Below, one piece after another: positions 1 through 20,611 of a stretch of DNA of 45,362 bases; position 1 is the first letter of the stretch, and each line of letters begins with the position of its first letter. The stretch is from Hyphochytrium catenoides. Its lineage: Eukaryota; Protista; Hyphochytriomycota. Where the stretch lies: assembly GCA_900088475.1 (NCBI GenBank), contig FLMG01001637.1:1-45362 (forward strand). The letters run 5' to 3'. The notes beneath the pieces are model-generated. The model searched no databases and was not told where the DNA came from. It was given only the letters and a program-made list of their open reading frames with translations. Position numbers and translations under genes: made by a program.

Positions 1-2
1 AG

Positions 3-7663
<7,661 letters not shown>

Positions 7664-8034
7664 TCGACAGTGTAGGAAATGGCACCATATTTAGAAGCAA
7701 TGACATAATCCATAGTCTGGCTCCAATCCTGAGCCGTATACTCTTGATAGCTCCTCCACTCTCTCGTCTGCCTCTGGGCAGCACAGGTTTTAGATCTCTA
7801 TTGGCCGCATTACTTCCACTTACTGGGACCGACATACTACTATTTTCCCCGGACGAGTATCTCTTCTAAAACGCTCGCACGGCGACCTATCTCAGATTCC
7901 GTCAACTCTATCGGCTACCTCTTTGCGCGCAAATATCCTAAGCGAAAGACAGATGGCCCTTCACGTCCAACCTATCAGGTCAAGACGTGCGATTAGTTCT
8001 TGCACTACTCGAAGATCTTGGTGCTCATCCTTGC

Positions 8035-9338
8035 TTAGACGCGAGCCCAGCCTCTGTATTTAGCGATATCACAACCATTGGCAATACTGGTTGACTCCTC
8101 CATCTGGCGGTGTACAAACATACGCAGGAAATCTGCTGTCATAGCCATTAGTAAAGGCATATCCTCCTCCTCGCTCTGGGAAAACTTGCCTAGGACGTAT
8201 CGATCTAGGGATGCCTGCAGGAGGTAATGCCCCACATAGAGAAACAAGCCGGCCCGAAAGTAGGTGGTAAGTAGCATGTACGGAGTTAGTCATAGGAAAC
8301 TGCAAGCACTCTACCGCACTTTTAATCTGTCTCCATTGCGGTTTCCGATTCCGATCTTTAGCCGCGAGAACTTGTCAGTATGAAGCCTCTTGATGACATC
8401 CTCCACGCCATTCTGACCTCCTGGCCCGCCTTGTCTCACAAAGCGGCAGCTTCCGAACGGGACGGTAACATCGTCTGAACCATAAGCGTCCAAGTGGGTA
8501 AAAATTGAGCAGGGGACTGCAAAATTCACCTAGCGAGCACGACGCACCGTGAACAACTAGCACTCGATGTCTAGGGCTGGTGCCTAGCTTTTTCGTGTGG
8601 GGAGGACTTATTCGGAACAGCTCTAAGGCTTGTCGCACCGCGGTACCGCTGAGGTTCATGTATGTATGCGGTCGCAAGACAGTGACCTCCACCGGAGTTG
8701 TAACTCCCTTTATCTTTGTCTTCTCTCGCCTCCTCTCGGAGATTCTGTCAATCAAATCGTACTTCTGCTTTTCATCTGGCCACTCCGCCTTAAAAGTGGC
8801 AGTGAACTTTAAAGGAGTAGCTCAGAGATTGCCAAAAATGCAGTGCCCCTGAGTGCGTTGTTTGGTGAACGTCTTACCTGACAAACCTCACCGTTTAAGG
8901 ATTTGTAGCGCTTGAAAGTTGGACTTACCACTCCATGCTCATGGGCCTTCCTTATGAACGGGTTTAGTGCTGATCAGGGCTAGCCACGTATCCTCTACAT
9001 ATACCTGCATGTGATATCCGCACATCCTCAGGAAAGTGTCTATAGCACGAAAGCCGATGTTATGCCTAAGCCCCCAAGTGCGAAGTCAAAGCGTCATACC
9101 AAGCAGTAAAAAAGTAAGACAGTCAATGACCACACCTTGTATTTTCATACTCAAGACCGGGATTCCCTAGCCCTACGATGAGGAGCTTATAGACCTTATT
9201 ATGCTTTATAGACTTCTCCTTGCCTGAACTGCCAGAAGAGGAGGACTTGCTTACTAGCTCGGAGCTTGAGAAAGAACGTTTGGCGGTCGTCGTCAACTTG
9301 GCCCCTTTCAGAGCCATTTCCGCAGCATACCGTTTCAT
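8035..9338 (-). CDS. PTH1: Bacterial-type peptidyl-tRNA hydrolase, probably mitochondrial; 6 exons
   Basis: Motifs [12 protein letters not shown]|HNIGF (catalytic His), [13 protein letters not shown]|DD, GGQNG, RLKIGIG and YVLGKFS. The N-terminus is Ser/Thr/Lys/Arg-rich ([19 protein letters not shown]), like a presequence. The start is ATG 9338 or 9317. Confidence 0.9.
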
Positions 9339-10228
9339 GCTACCTCTTAAACGCACCAGCCAGCCCTGGGCTTCGTAACCTAGCACCTTGCCGGCAGGAC
9401 ACAGCTGCAGCGCTCAATGTCGTCTCTTCATAGTGAGTGAGGCTGCCAATAAAGCGCCCTCAGCTAACAGTCAACAAGTTGTTCTGATGGGTGAAGCTGC
9501 TGAAACGCAATAAAGCTCAACAACTGACATCTGATCTGCAGAATGACCGAAAACTACTGAAGGATTCCCGAAAATACCAGAGCTTCCCCAGGACTGACTC
9601 CAGTGCTCCTCCTCGAATCTGACCCGCAAGCCTCCAGACTCTCTCAGATAGCGAGCGTAGTAGTGCCGCCCGCTCCTCAGTCTAAGCCTTGAAGGGCTAA
9701 GATACCCTGGATAGTACGCCCAACGGAAGACTGCAAAAATAAGGTACGACGTCGCTCATCGTAGTAAGAGACTCTGCATACATCCTATTCCTCGAAACCC
9801 TACTGAATAAAATAATAGCTCTGGGCTGTTAGACTAACCGCTACGACAGCAGCGAACGAAGAAATTTTCCACAGGTTGGCGGAGGAACAATAACCACCGC
9901 GATTCGGAGCTTCATCAAGGCCTTCATTATCTGCTTGGGCCACTGCCATGAAGCAGCAGTAGCAGCAGCTCACGCTAGGCTTTGGAACTGTGTCTCTCCC
10001 TCCTATGATCAGAAGCTCTCTTCTCCGCTCTATTGATCTTCACGTTTCTGACGAAGCGACAAAATATTCAGAAAAAGATATGCGCTCTTGAAGTTGATAG
10101 AAAGAAGCCAGGCTTTTTCTAAGCCTTTGGCGGGCAGCGGGTTACACAGAGTCCGAGTGGAAACACCATGCAGATTCTGAGGAAGTGACAGTGGTCATAC
10201 ACTCGACAGTGCTTCTCCTTTTGTCGCG

Positions 10229-12734
10229 ATGGCTGACGTGGACCTGTCTCGAGACGTTTCAGTGGATGAGTCCTCATATCTAAGAGCTAAAGCCCTTCAT
10301 AACGGCAGCCCTATTAACCCAGCCCGGCGGCTAAACTTTGACTTTGAGGTAAAAGTTGTAGTGTGGGCGGTCTTCCTGGCATTCGACCAATTTTCCCTCT
10401 TCCCCTATACAGGGAAGACTAGGCTCTTCCATCCAATCCTCAGGAGTTATACTGGATTCACAGGGATCTCCTCGAAACAAGCGAACAACAGATAAAAGTT
10501 GCAGCACGAATTTCAGGACTCCTAAGATATCTCGGACTCGTCGGACAAGTGATGTTTATAGCGATAGATTCATTCCTAGCAGAATGGGCTCCCTTCTGGA
10601 GTCCGGCTTCTCTGTGCTTGACGACAAGCGTTGCCGGACGCCAAACGCGTGAGTAGCATGGATATCTTCTTCTTGTCACAACTGAGAAGCGAATCGTCCG
10701 CCTAATCGTTATCCTCCGCCAATAGGCAAACAGGGTCAACCCCAAATCGCAGTTCTGCGGCTGAAACCACAAAGGATGGAGCAAATACCATGTCCATGCT
10801 TCTTAGAAGTGAGCTTCTCGGATTGGATTCCCCTCCACTTCGTGATAAGCCTGAAGAAAGTAGGACAAGTTTATTTTTATTTTTCTATTTCCCAGTCGTC
10901 CAGGGGCTTACCCTGGGACAAATGTCTCTAGGATATACGCCCTGCACTCCAAACCGTAACATTTTCAAGTTCAAAAGCACACGTCAGACAACACACGAGG
11001 AGCTGAAGCGATCATTTACACTGTCCTCCCTTGGGACCTCCACTGAGCGGTGGGTCATCAAGGCCCGCGAACATTCTTGCATAGCTTAGCTCTAATAACC
11101 GTGTTGCTGAAGGTTCCTTGTTAGCCCAGTCAAGACTAAAAGGAAAATCCCGAAAGTACCCTTCAAAGTTCTTGATGCGCCGGCGCTTCAGGACGACTTT
11201 TACTTGAACCTCGTGGACTGGTCTTCACAGAATGTGCTAGCCGTTGGCTTGGGTTCTTGTGTCTATTTATGGAGTGCGTGCACCAGCAAAGTGAGTCGTT
11301 AGTGTATATCCTCCTTCAGGTTATCTCTCAGCCTTACTCCCGCTGTGCTCTGTCTTAGGTAACGAAACTCTGCGATCTGGGTCCTGACGATTCGGTCACC
11401 TCTGTGGCGTGGACTCAACGGGTAAAGCTGCAGCTGGACTGCTTTACCTCTTTCGCCGACTAACTCTACGTTCAAACTGTAGGGCACGCATCTTGCTGTA
11501 GGAACCAATCTTGGCGAGGTCCAAATTTGGGAGGCTAGTCGCTGCAAAAAAATTAGGGTTATGGGGTTAGTCTTCAGCGTACATGCTTCATGCCTTTTCA
11601 GTTTCCGAATCCGCTAACAAGACTCTGATTCTAGGGGTCACTCTGCCAGAATCGGGACTATGGCTTGGAACTCCCAAATGCTGGCATCAGGCAGTCGAGA
11701 TCGGCTCATTTGTCTGCGCGATGTGCGGTGTCCAGAGCCAACAGTGAGCTCTCTAGTAGGCCACAAACAAGAGGTAAACAGTGATGATATCGACGGAAAT
11801 AGTCAAACGGGAGACTTACTCTCAAATGTTAAAGATCTGTGGTCTTAAGTGGTCGTTCGATGAACAGCAGCTTGCATCCGGAGGCAATGATAACAAGGTA
11901 AGGATGAATACAGCAAGAGAGTAGCGTTAAGGGAACCCTTAGGAGAGCATTGTTGAGTAATGACAGCAGAAATATCTTGGAAAGTCCAAGCAGTGAGCTG
12001 GGAGTAGGGCATGGGATGGTCATTGTCCAGCTGTCCTCAAATACTAGAAACACCCTGAACAACTTTCCCGTAGCTCTTTATATGGAATGCGCGATCGAGC
12101 ACTCCGGTGCTAAAGTTCANNNNNNNNNNNNNNNNNNNNNNNNNNNNNNNNNNNNNNNNNNNNNNNNNNNNNNNNNNNNNNNNNNNNNNNNNCCGATCGA
12201 TGTATACGGTTCTGGAATACCCTTACGGGCACTGCACTGAGTCATGTAGATACTGGTTCTCAGGTACAGAGAGGTCGTGTCGTGTAGTTTGAGTTGTTGG
12301 TGGCAGTGGCAGCTCCTTCAAAACTGTTCATAGTGGTGTACTGCAGTACACCTAGACTGCGTTGCGCTTTGCCATCCTATTGTGTCGTCCATCTTTGACT
12401 CATCCTCCGAGATATTTTCCCTTACATTGTGTCTACCTTACAGGTTTGCAACCTCATGTTCTCCAAGAATGTCAACGAAATAGTGAGCACACATGGGTAC
12501 TCACTAAATCAAATAATCGTGTGGAAGTATCCTTCGATGACTAAAGTTACCACGCTTACCGGACACACCTACCGTGTGCTCTACCTTGCCATGTCTCCCG
12601 ATGGACAAACCATTGTTACAGGAGCTGGCGATGAAACCCTCCGTTTCTGGAGTGCGTTTCCAACCTCGAAGGACAAAGATGGGTCTCGCTTAGGGTCATC
12701 CTTACTCTTCCCTTCCGGGTCTGAGATTAGATGA
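10229..12734 (+). CDS. FZR1: APC/C co-activator Cdh1/Fizzy-related (WD40)
   Basis: C-box YSDRFIPSR (about 10557-10583), [32 protein letters not shown]|[16 protein letters not shown], the Cdh1-type [11 protein letters not shown] and the C-terminal IR tail (SEIR*). An N gap at 12120-12192 hides part of one WD40 exon. Confidence 0.94.
12120..12192. other. Assembly gap (73 N) inside an FZR1 coding exon
   Basis: The flanks read PVLKF and (A)DRCIRFWNT. The missing conserved WD40 segment is of about this length. Confidence 0.95.
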
Positions 12735-13034
12735 AGCTTTATTTTGGTACCCATTCGCGGTCCGTTGTCCTTTCGATATCTTCTGTCTGGCATCGTTCCC
12801 ATTGCGCGATGACGCTAGCATTGCTCCTGTTTCCATAGCCTGCTGTCCATAGTCACTTCACCCTCTTTCCACCCCTCTCAGCACTTCTCTTTCTCTGTTA
12901 TTGTTGTACTGCTTAGACATCTATCATTTGTTTTCGTCGTGGTGCTAAAGCTCTTATATATACCAGCTGATCGGCATATATATATGTTACATTTGAGCGT
13001 TTAAGCTTACACGCTTTCAAGACATGATATCTGC

Positions 13035-14454
13035 CTATCCGGTCCTGCTCTTTCCTTTCTTTTTGGGGGGAGGGCGACGGCCTCCTTTTTTCTTCTTCAA
13101 AAAGCGCTCCACTTCTTCCCGAGCTTCACCATCTTCTTCGGGGGACGCTCGTTTCTTTCCTCTCCCTTGATTCTGATGCTCGCGTAGTTCTACTGCGGCA
13201 ACTCTTTGTGCCTCTGCAACTCTGTCTGCGAGCACTAGGACTGTCTCCTCTTCGCAGTTATAGCCAGGTAACTTCTTTCCTAATAAATGCTCAATTCGTT
13301 GATAGTGCTCCACGTCATATTGGGTCACGAATGAGATAGCCACACCCGCACGGCCGGCACGAGCTGTCCGGCCAACTCTATGGATATAATCCTTACCATG
13401 AGTGGGGATGTCAAAGTTGAGGACTACGTCCACTGAAGGAATATCCAGTCCTCGACTGGCTACATCAGTAGCAATGAGGATATTACGCTGCTTTGCTTTG
13501 AACTTGTTTAAGGCTCCAAGCCGCTTGGGTTGAGTCATCTGTCCATGGAGACAGATGGCTTCAAAGCCCAGACATCGCAGCAGAATGGCTATTCTCTGGG
13601 CATTGTTGCAAGTAGCAACAAAAATAAGTATCGATTGCCCCGCGAACTCGTTGCAGATATAAGCTAGGTAGCAGTCCTTGTACTTGGCCGGGATGAATAA
13701 ATACTGCTGCACCAAAGTCTCCGGGGTTGTGAACTTGTGGCTGATCTCCACTTTAACAGGATCGGTAAGTGAGGCTCGCTGAAGCTTTGCCACTTTGCCT
13801 GTCATTGTGGCACTGAAGAGATAGGTATTCCGCTCTTTAGGGATAAGCTGGAGAATCTTGTTGATCTCTTCCTCAAAGTCCATACTTAACATTCTGTCTG
13901 CCTCGTCTAAGACAAGGTATTTGATACTTCTTAGGGAGAATCCCTAGCAATAGGAGATGAGGGATTAGCTCTTTCTCTGCCATACTGTCGAAGACTTATG
14001 AGGCTTGCCTCACCTTTGTGTTCTCGAGGTGGTCGACCAGGCGCCCTGGAGTGGCAATGACAATGTGAGGCTTTTTGGCGAGGGCGACGGCCTGTGTCAT
14101 CATATCTATGCCTCCCACTACGCAGGCACATTTAACTCCGATAACTGCTCCCAATGCCTCAAATTGCTCAGAGATCTGGAAAGCCAACTCTCTCGTCGGG
14201 GCAAGCACGACGGCATACAACCGCTGGGGGTTCTCTAGTAGGTTCTGTAAGATGGGGATGGCAAAGGCTCCGGTTTTACCGGACCCAGTTTCGGCAAGTC
14301 CAATGATGTCTCTCCCTTCCAGTCCAGCTGGAATACATTGTGCCTGAATCTTGGTTGGGTGCGTCCAGCCAAGAGCTGCTGCTGCTTCACAAATAGAATC
14401 ATGAACACCTAAGCTCTTAAATGTCGCCGGTTCTTCTTCCTTACTGCCCGTCAT
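13035..14454 (-). CDS. DDX47: DEAD-box RNA helicase DDX47/Rrp3 (18S rRNA processing); 2 exons
   Basis: Motifs [31 protein letters not shown]|[25 protein letters not shown] and [13 protein letters not shown]. There is a single intron at about 13945-14013. Confidence 0.96.
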
Positions 14455-15090
14455 TGTACCTTACTCACGAGAAAGCTATGCTCACCAGGCGTTTGGAGAT
14501 AACTTCTGAGCTACTCGTTATAGCAGATGTGACAATGAACTTCCAGGTGTCCTAGTAAGCCGTGGAGAGGAATGCAGTGTTGCCAAGCAGACGCAATAGT
14601 ACCAAGCAGAGACCATAGAATGCGAGAGTATGGGTCTCAATGCTGACTTTGATGATGGCAGTGCCAATGAGAACCGACGAAGCCTTCTTCCAGGTCGCAA
14701 CCATTCAAAATAAGAACCACAGCACGACAGCCCTTCATGGGGTTATTTCACTGATGATTTCAGATCAATAAGGAGAAAGAGTCATTTGCACGTTAGCGAC
14801 TCCGCTCGGCTCGTATCAAGTGCGCACTTTGCGTTTCTTGCCCGCTTTCAAGGAAGCTCCGCGGGCTGTCATCATCTTGGCCGTCTTGAGAAGCCGTCTT
14901 CAAAGCCCATAACTGTCGGCTGGATACATCCGCGGTGGCGTGATCCTTGTAGCCATTTTTTGGTTGTTACCAGCAAGGACGGAGTTGCCATAGGGCGGGT
15001 TCATGACGGAGAACGGCGGCAACCGCTGTTAGGGTTCGGCAGAGGGGTTCTACTAGTACAGCCACTGAGCTCTCTGTCGCCACTTTCAAG

Positions 15091-17396
15091 ATGTCAAGGG
15101 ACGGCACTGATGATATCCTGGCTTACTGGATATCAAGAGGAGAGGAGGGGCTGCTCAAGAATGTACCCGCCACTATCCACGGCGTATCCTTAGACCTTTA
15201 TAAACTCTACGCCGTCGTCGTGGGAAAGGGAGGCATAAGAAAGGTCAGCACTAGGTTCCATACACCTAACTCGTAGCTCTAGCATCTGAACGGTGCTCTT
15301 GTCTGCTGCTAGCTCCTACTTGAGAATAGATTTGACACCGTAACCGAGGCTCTTGGCTTCAATAAAGCCTGGAAGATAAGCTCGGTGAATCTTAGTGAAG
15401 CTCGAGGTGAACTTCTTGATATTTATTTTAGGTATGATGACGCTATTCAATAGCTCGGACAAACCTCTGCTGAGCAGTTCTCTCTATTCGCAAGATACTT
15501 GTACGATTATGAAAGATTTCAGGCTAGCGGGATCGACCATGGCAGGAAGCGAGACATTAGCAGTAAGCTGCATCCCACGGCCTCACCCAAGAAGAAGCCG
15601 AGGCTGGAGCTATCATCGGCGCCCTACGTGGACCTCCGAAAGGCTCGTAACATGAATGCTTCGGAGACTGCCGCTCTTCTGGGACACAAGCGATCGAGGA
15701 GCTCTCACACTGGAGGTAGGCGATCTGCGCACTTTGGGGGAAGCTTCTTCTGAGCTAAACGGCATCTTTCTCAACTTTTGGCCTGACAGTGATGAGCAAC
15801 TGCAAGCGTTTGCTATTATCTTTGGAAAGTAGCATACCAGCAGAATCCAAATGTGCTCTGCACCATCTTCTCACTCTCTCCTCCAATACCGAAGGAGAGT
15901 TCATAATCTCGCAGGCGCCGTCAGTACTGGACGTTCTACTGAGAGTGCTTCATAATACTGAACTGCCCGCAATTTTCGACGAGTATAAGCCTTCAAAGAA
16001 TGGCAACAGAGTTACCTGGGACAGTGGCTCATGGTACTTTGATGAGTGGGACAATGAAGAAAGAGACCTCATAGAAAGAGAACTTCACGCCCATTTCGTC
16101 CTTACCATCGTGCGCAATCTATCCTACGTTACTGCTAACGAGCAAGCGATCGGCCTCCATAGAGGCTGGGTAGAGGCTTGTGGGCGACTGCTCCGGATGC
16201 TGGGTTCTGAGGCAGCCCTGATGTCCTTAGAGATCCTGGCAAATGTTGCTCGACACATTCCTTTGGGTCCTGACGAGTTGACTCTAACCAGGTACAGTGA
16301 CTGGTCTTATTGCTTGCTAACAGCGATGTGGACATGAAAGAAGGTCCACAGACAGAGAGGGTTGGCGTTTTGACGGACACTGGTACTAAGTAGACTTAGT
16401 CTCAGCAAAGATGTGCGTGAGACTGTACCTTAGGAAGGTTTATAGTAGCGAAAAGCCGGGACAGCCGTGGGTGTGGCTACGATAGGAGGTTGTACATGGA
16501 AAGCTAACTGCTACTGCAGAGAACTGAGCCATCTGGCGGAGCAGAATCCTGCGCAACGAAAAAGGAGGACGATGGCGACCCTATCGGTCCTTTTGCCCGC
16601 ATTGACTTCAACACTAAGAGAGAGGAGAAGAAAGGCAGTTCTCTTGGCACTGACAGTGTTATCTGGTATCATTCAGCCATCCTTGGCTACTGAGCTGGCG
16701 GTGCGGAAATATGGTGCAAGTCTGATTGAGCGGCTGATAGAGCTTCTGTTTTGCCCCACTCACGGCCCGGATGCGCTGAAGACGGAAGAGACTTCAGAAA
16801 ACTTGCTGCAGCACACAAAACCTCTCGCCCCTTGGATGGACCCAATCAATGACTTCAGTCTTGCAGCATCTTCGGTTGTACCCGCTGTAACACGAGGCAA
16901 GCCGACAGAGGTAGTTGCCCCTGTGGATGAGTTTGTAGATGAGGAGGTGCGAGATCTTGCCATTGAAGTCCTGGATACTCTTTCAACCTTGGGAGTGGCA
17001 GTGCAGGTTAGTGTCAGTGGCGATCCTTGGCTATTCGCGGAGCACTGATTTTCAATTTTCCCTTTCACTGTCTCCATAGAGGATGATTGCCAAAGTACCT
17101 AATAGTGTGCTATTGCTTACTTCCTTGCTGAGTACTAGCATTGGCAAGGTAAGCTCACACAGTTTGAGCAAGCCAGAAAGATTGGTTGAGTTGGGTCTGG
17201 ATGTTCACGTCACCTCCTCCTCCTGTAGGCAGAGACGCCAGTCTTGGCATCTCAAGTTCTCCTCCGTCTAGTGGATCATGCAGAGCTGCGCTTCCTTTTC
17301 TTGCGAGTGGAAGACGAGCTTCTTGCTCTCAGTGGAATTCAAGGAGAGCACTCGGACGCGGTGGCTGAAGTCCTGCGGTTGATGTACGCCTCATGA
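15091..17396 (+). CDS. ARID-domain plus armadillo-like (BAF250_C/ARID1-ARID2/Swi1-type) SWI/SNF subunit
   Basis: ARID: PATIHGVSLDLYKLYAVVVGKGG...LLDIYFR|YLYDYE. Conserved ARID1/2 blocks follow: RLLLSLESSIPAESKCALHHLLTLS and LTIVRNLSYVTANEQAI. Leu-rich helical repeats run to TGA 17394-17396. A short upstream exon (ATG 15002) is possible. Confidence 0.8.
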
Positions 17397-17848
17397 GGTC
17401 CTGGACTTGGTGAGGTGGCGACTAGGAAGCCTATAGTGAAAGGGCATTGTATGAGCCCACTTAGAAAGATGAGAATCAGACAAGAATCCTCTCATCTACT
17501 TGTCATCTGTTATTCAGTACATATCTATAATAAGACGCGAATTTAGCGCTTATATTAACGATATCATTGTACTGGTTCTGAACTGGATTTGATGAAGTCT
17601 TTGTTGACACATCTCAACCATGACACTGACAGCCGTGCTTTCAGCTGCGGTCATCTTCCTCTTCATCCGCCGTCACCGTGTCTCCAGGCCGCACCGACAT
17701 CTCCTCCCGCTGACTTCTATCATTCAAGCAATCAAGGGAAGCCTTGACAGTCAGGGCTACTAAGGGTCCTTGTGCACGAGTTGATGGGCACATCCAAAGG
17801 TGGCATGAGCGCCACGTAGGGTCAGAGAGAGAGAGACACTTGGGAGTC

Positions 17849-20375
17849 ATGGAGCAGTTCGTCCTGAAGCTGCCCGATGAGCTGGCGGCAAAGACCCGTG
17901 AGATGCTGGCGCAAGGGAAAGTTGAAGATGTTGACTATATTGCCCTGGGTGAGTGCATATTCTCTAGTGTCATAGGAGAACTAGGCCATGCTTTGGTCTC
18001 CTATCCTGTGGCAAGCTACCCAGCCCCCCAATCAATCCAAAAACTGCTCGCCAGCGAAGACGTCTGTTTGACCGATCGACTCTCCCATTTAAAGGCGATA
18101 ACAAGCACTTTGCATTTCGGTTTGCTGGCAAGGAGTACCCCGCTGTATTAGGTATCAGCCATACGTGATGCCGTGTTTCTCCTTCACTGGCTCTAACCAT
18201 GAATCTAAAAGCAAACCTTCCTTGCATCATCGAGACCCATAAAACCTATGACCACGCTACATACTACAAGAGCGGGGAAGTAGGGCAGGTGACTAATCAG
18301 TGTCTTGTTTGAGTCTCCTCCTGCTTTTGATATGTATGTGTACTTCGAATATGCCCCTCTTGTCCTATGTCAACATGGGCGATTAACTGTGAGAGTAAGG
18401 ATTTCGTCTCGTCGTCATCGCTTTCTGTTTGTCGACAACCCTAACTCTCTCCTCATCGGTTCCAGATGATCGTGGTGTTCATGGATGAAGAGGAAATGAA
18501 GAAATTTGAGCAAAGAGAGAAGGCAGACGGGCCAACGTTACCAAGTGGCTTGACGCCTCCCACAACCAACATAGTAAAGCGAAAGTGGGCAAAGACTGCA
18601 CAGCACAAGATAGGAACCTACGATGTAAGTCCTCACTGAAAGAGAGAAGTAAGGAAGCCGAGAGTGGGGAGGATATTACCTCGGAAGTGAAAGACAGGAA
18701 CTCCCAGGCTATCGGCAGCGGATGGGTTGGGTTACACAGGCGATTAAAGGGTTTTGATATCTCCGATGGGTAAACGTACAGACTGCGATAGTAGGAGGTG
18801 TTCCGCTCACTGAAGGACGCATACTAGAAGACTTTGTTGCACTAAAGAGAGTCCGGGAGTTCTACTAAAACGGAATGCTGCAGGCGGCAACCGTCGCAAA
18901 ATTAGAAGATGAGATTGAAAAGATGAAAGCAGGCCCAGTGGAGCAATCAGGTAGGGTCACGACAAACGGATAGGCTTCCACTAGGACTGAGGCCCCAATC
19001 TTCTCTTCTCATTCACAGAGGAGGAGCTTGTAAACTTCGAAGACTACATGGTGGATGCAGAGCATCCGCATGGCGTTGTTATCGACGATGAAGTTGCATT
19101 CTTGCAGCAACACCCTGAGGTACGGACAGCCATGCCTTACCTGACCCTCTTTACCTTTTGAAGCCTTCACTGCCCTTGCTATCCTCTCGCCGTAGCGTCC
19201 TCCGAGCACCACACTACGCTTTTGACCTCAAGAACGCTGACATTTTGCTGCAGATTCTTTTGAGGAAGCTGAGAGAGTCAATGACGGGAGAAGGCGGTCC
19301 GGGTCCCAGTCCGTCTTCACATGTCCCCAGAACAGGTGTTCGAGGGTCACCAGCTCCTTCTGTAGGTACAGGTGCTTCAGGTACATGACCTATAAGTTTG
19401 TTCGGATGAAAAGACTTATCTAGCTCCAGCTATGACATTTTCTCTTTTGGGCCCTACTCCCTTCCTCCTTGATAAGTTGATTTAGGGTTAGCGTTAGAGT
19501 ACATTGTGAAGAACCTCACGGAAGGAGACGACGCGTGCGTCACTTCTATCCACTGTACTTGACTTTAACTGCTTTGCAGTCTTTCTCATGTCTTCCAAAT
19601 AGAAAGAGTGCGTTGCGTTCTATGCTAACTCTAAGATTAAGGACCCATGCGAGCGTCGCCAGCGACGGTTTCCAGTCTATCTCAAAGAGCAGAGAAAGGT
19701 AGAGACGAGTCTTCGGATGATGAAATGGCTCGCGAGATCGAGGCCGAGCTACAGCTTGATGTTGGTGGTATAACAAGTAGGCCCACAACTCCCGGTCTGC
19801 CATCTGCTGGGACGTCACTGTCCATTCAAGGTGGGTGCACAAGGGGAAGTTAGCTGCATTAGTATAAACCCCGTGACAGCGACATGAAATTTGATCATCT
19901 TTGCCATTGCAGGCCAGGAGAACCAGATCATGGTCAAGCAACGCGAACTAGCACGGTTGCGTGAACGGCTGGTAGCGGAAGAGCGTCAGGTGGTGGAGAA
20001 GAGAGCTAAGGCTAATACTACGAATGCAGTTCTCAAGGTAGGGCAATCTTAGTTGATCGTCTTACAGCTAGCTTTCGCCCGCATGTCAACCCATCCCCGG
20101 GCTGACAACTGACAGTCATGACCCCAAATGCCCTGTTATACTCCCTCCACTAACAACTTCCTCTTGTTTCTCCCACCCCATCTCCTTCTATTGCCCGGTA
20201 GCCTCGGTTCGAAAAGAATCTTGAGACTGCCATTCAGGCGGCGGAAGCTACACGGAAGGCCATTCAAAAGGTAAACGATTATGCCTTCCAATCTCTGTTC
20301 TTGACCCTTCTGACTCCCTCTGGCTCTTGACTTATTTCTTTTGAGTAGCTGGAGCAGGAGCTTCGGTCGGCTTAA
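17849..20375 (+). CDS. TAF7: TFIID subunit 7 (TAFII55 N-terminal domain plus C-terminal coiled coil); about 11 exons
   Basis: MEQFVLKLP, YPAVL|ANLPCIIETHKTYD...YYKSGEVGQ|MIVV, SGLTPPTTNIVKRKW and C-terminal NAVLK|PRFEKNL. Stop TAA at 20373-20375. Confidence 0.87.
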
Positions 20376-20611
20376 AAATGCGATGGAGCGGATCTGAGGG
20401 GACTGGCTAAAATAACAGACTATTACAGGACAAAACTGCAAATACTTGCTATTGATGGGCTCATAAGAGTGACTGAGCCATAGGTTAATCTAGTGGAGGC
20501 GAAAAGACGGACAGAGGGACGGGGGGAGAGATATAGGAGCATCTGATTTGGAAGTCGGCTTAGGGCTGGAAATGATAAGCAAGCACACGACAAGCAAGGT
20601 GGACTTGGGCG

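Noticed and set aside
15434-15473. C/D-box-like ATGATGA...CTGA in an ARID intron
   Set aside because: The span is only about 40 nt, abuts the splice donor and has no terminal stem. It is too short for a snoRNA.
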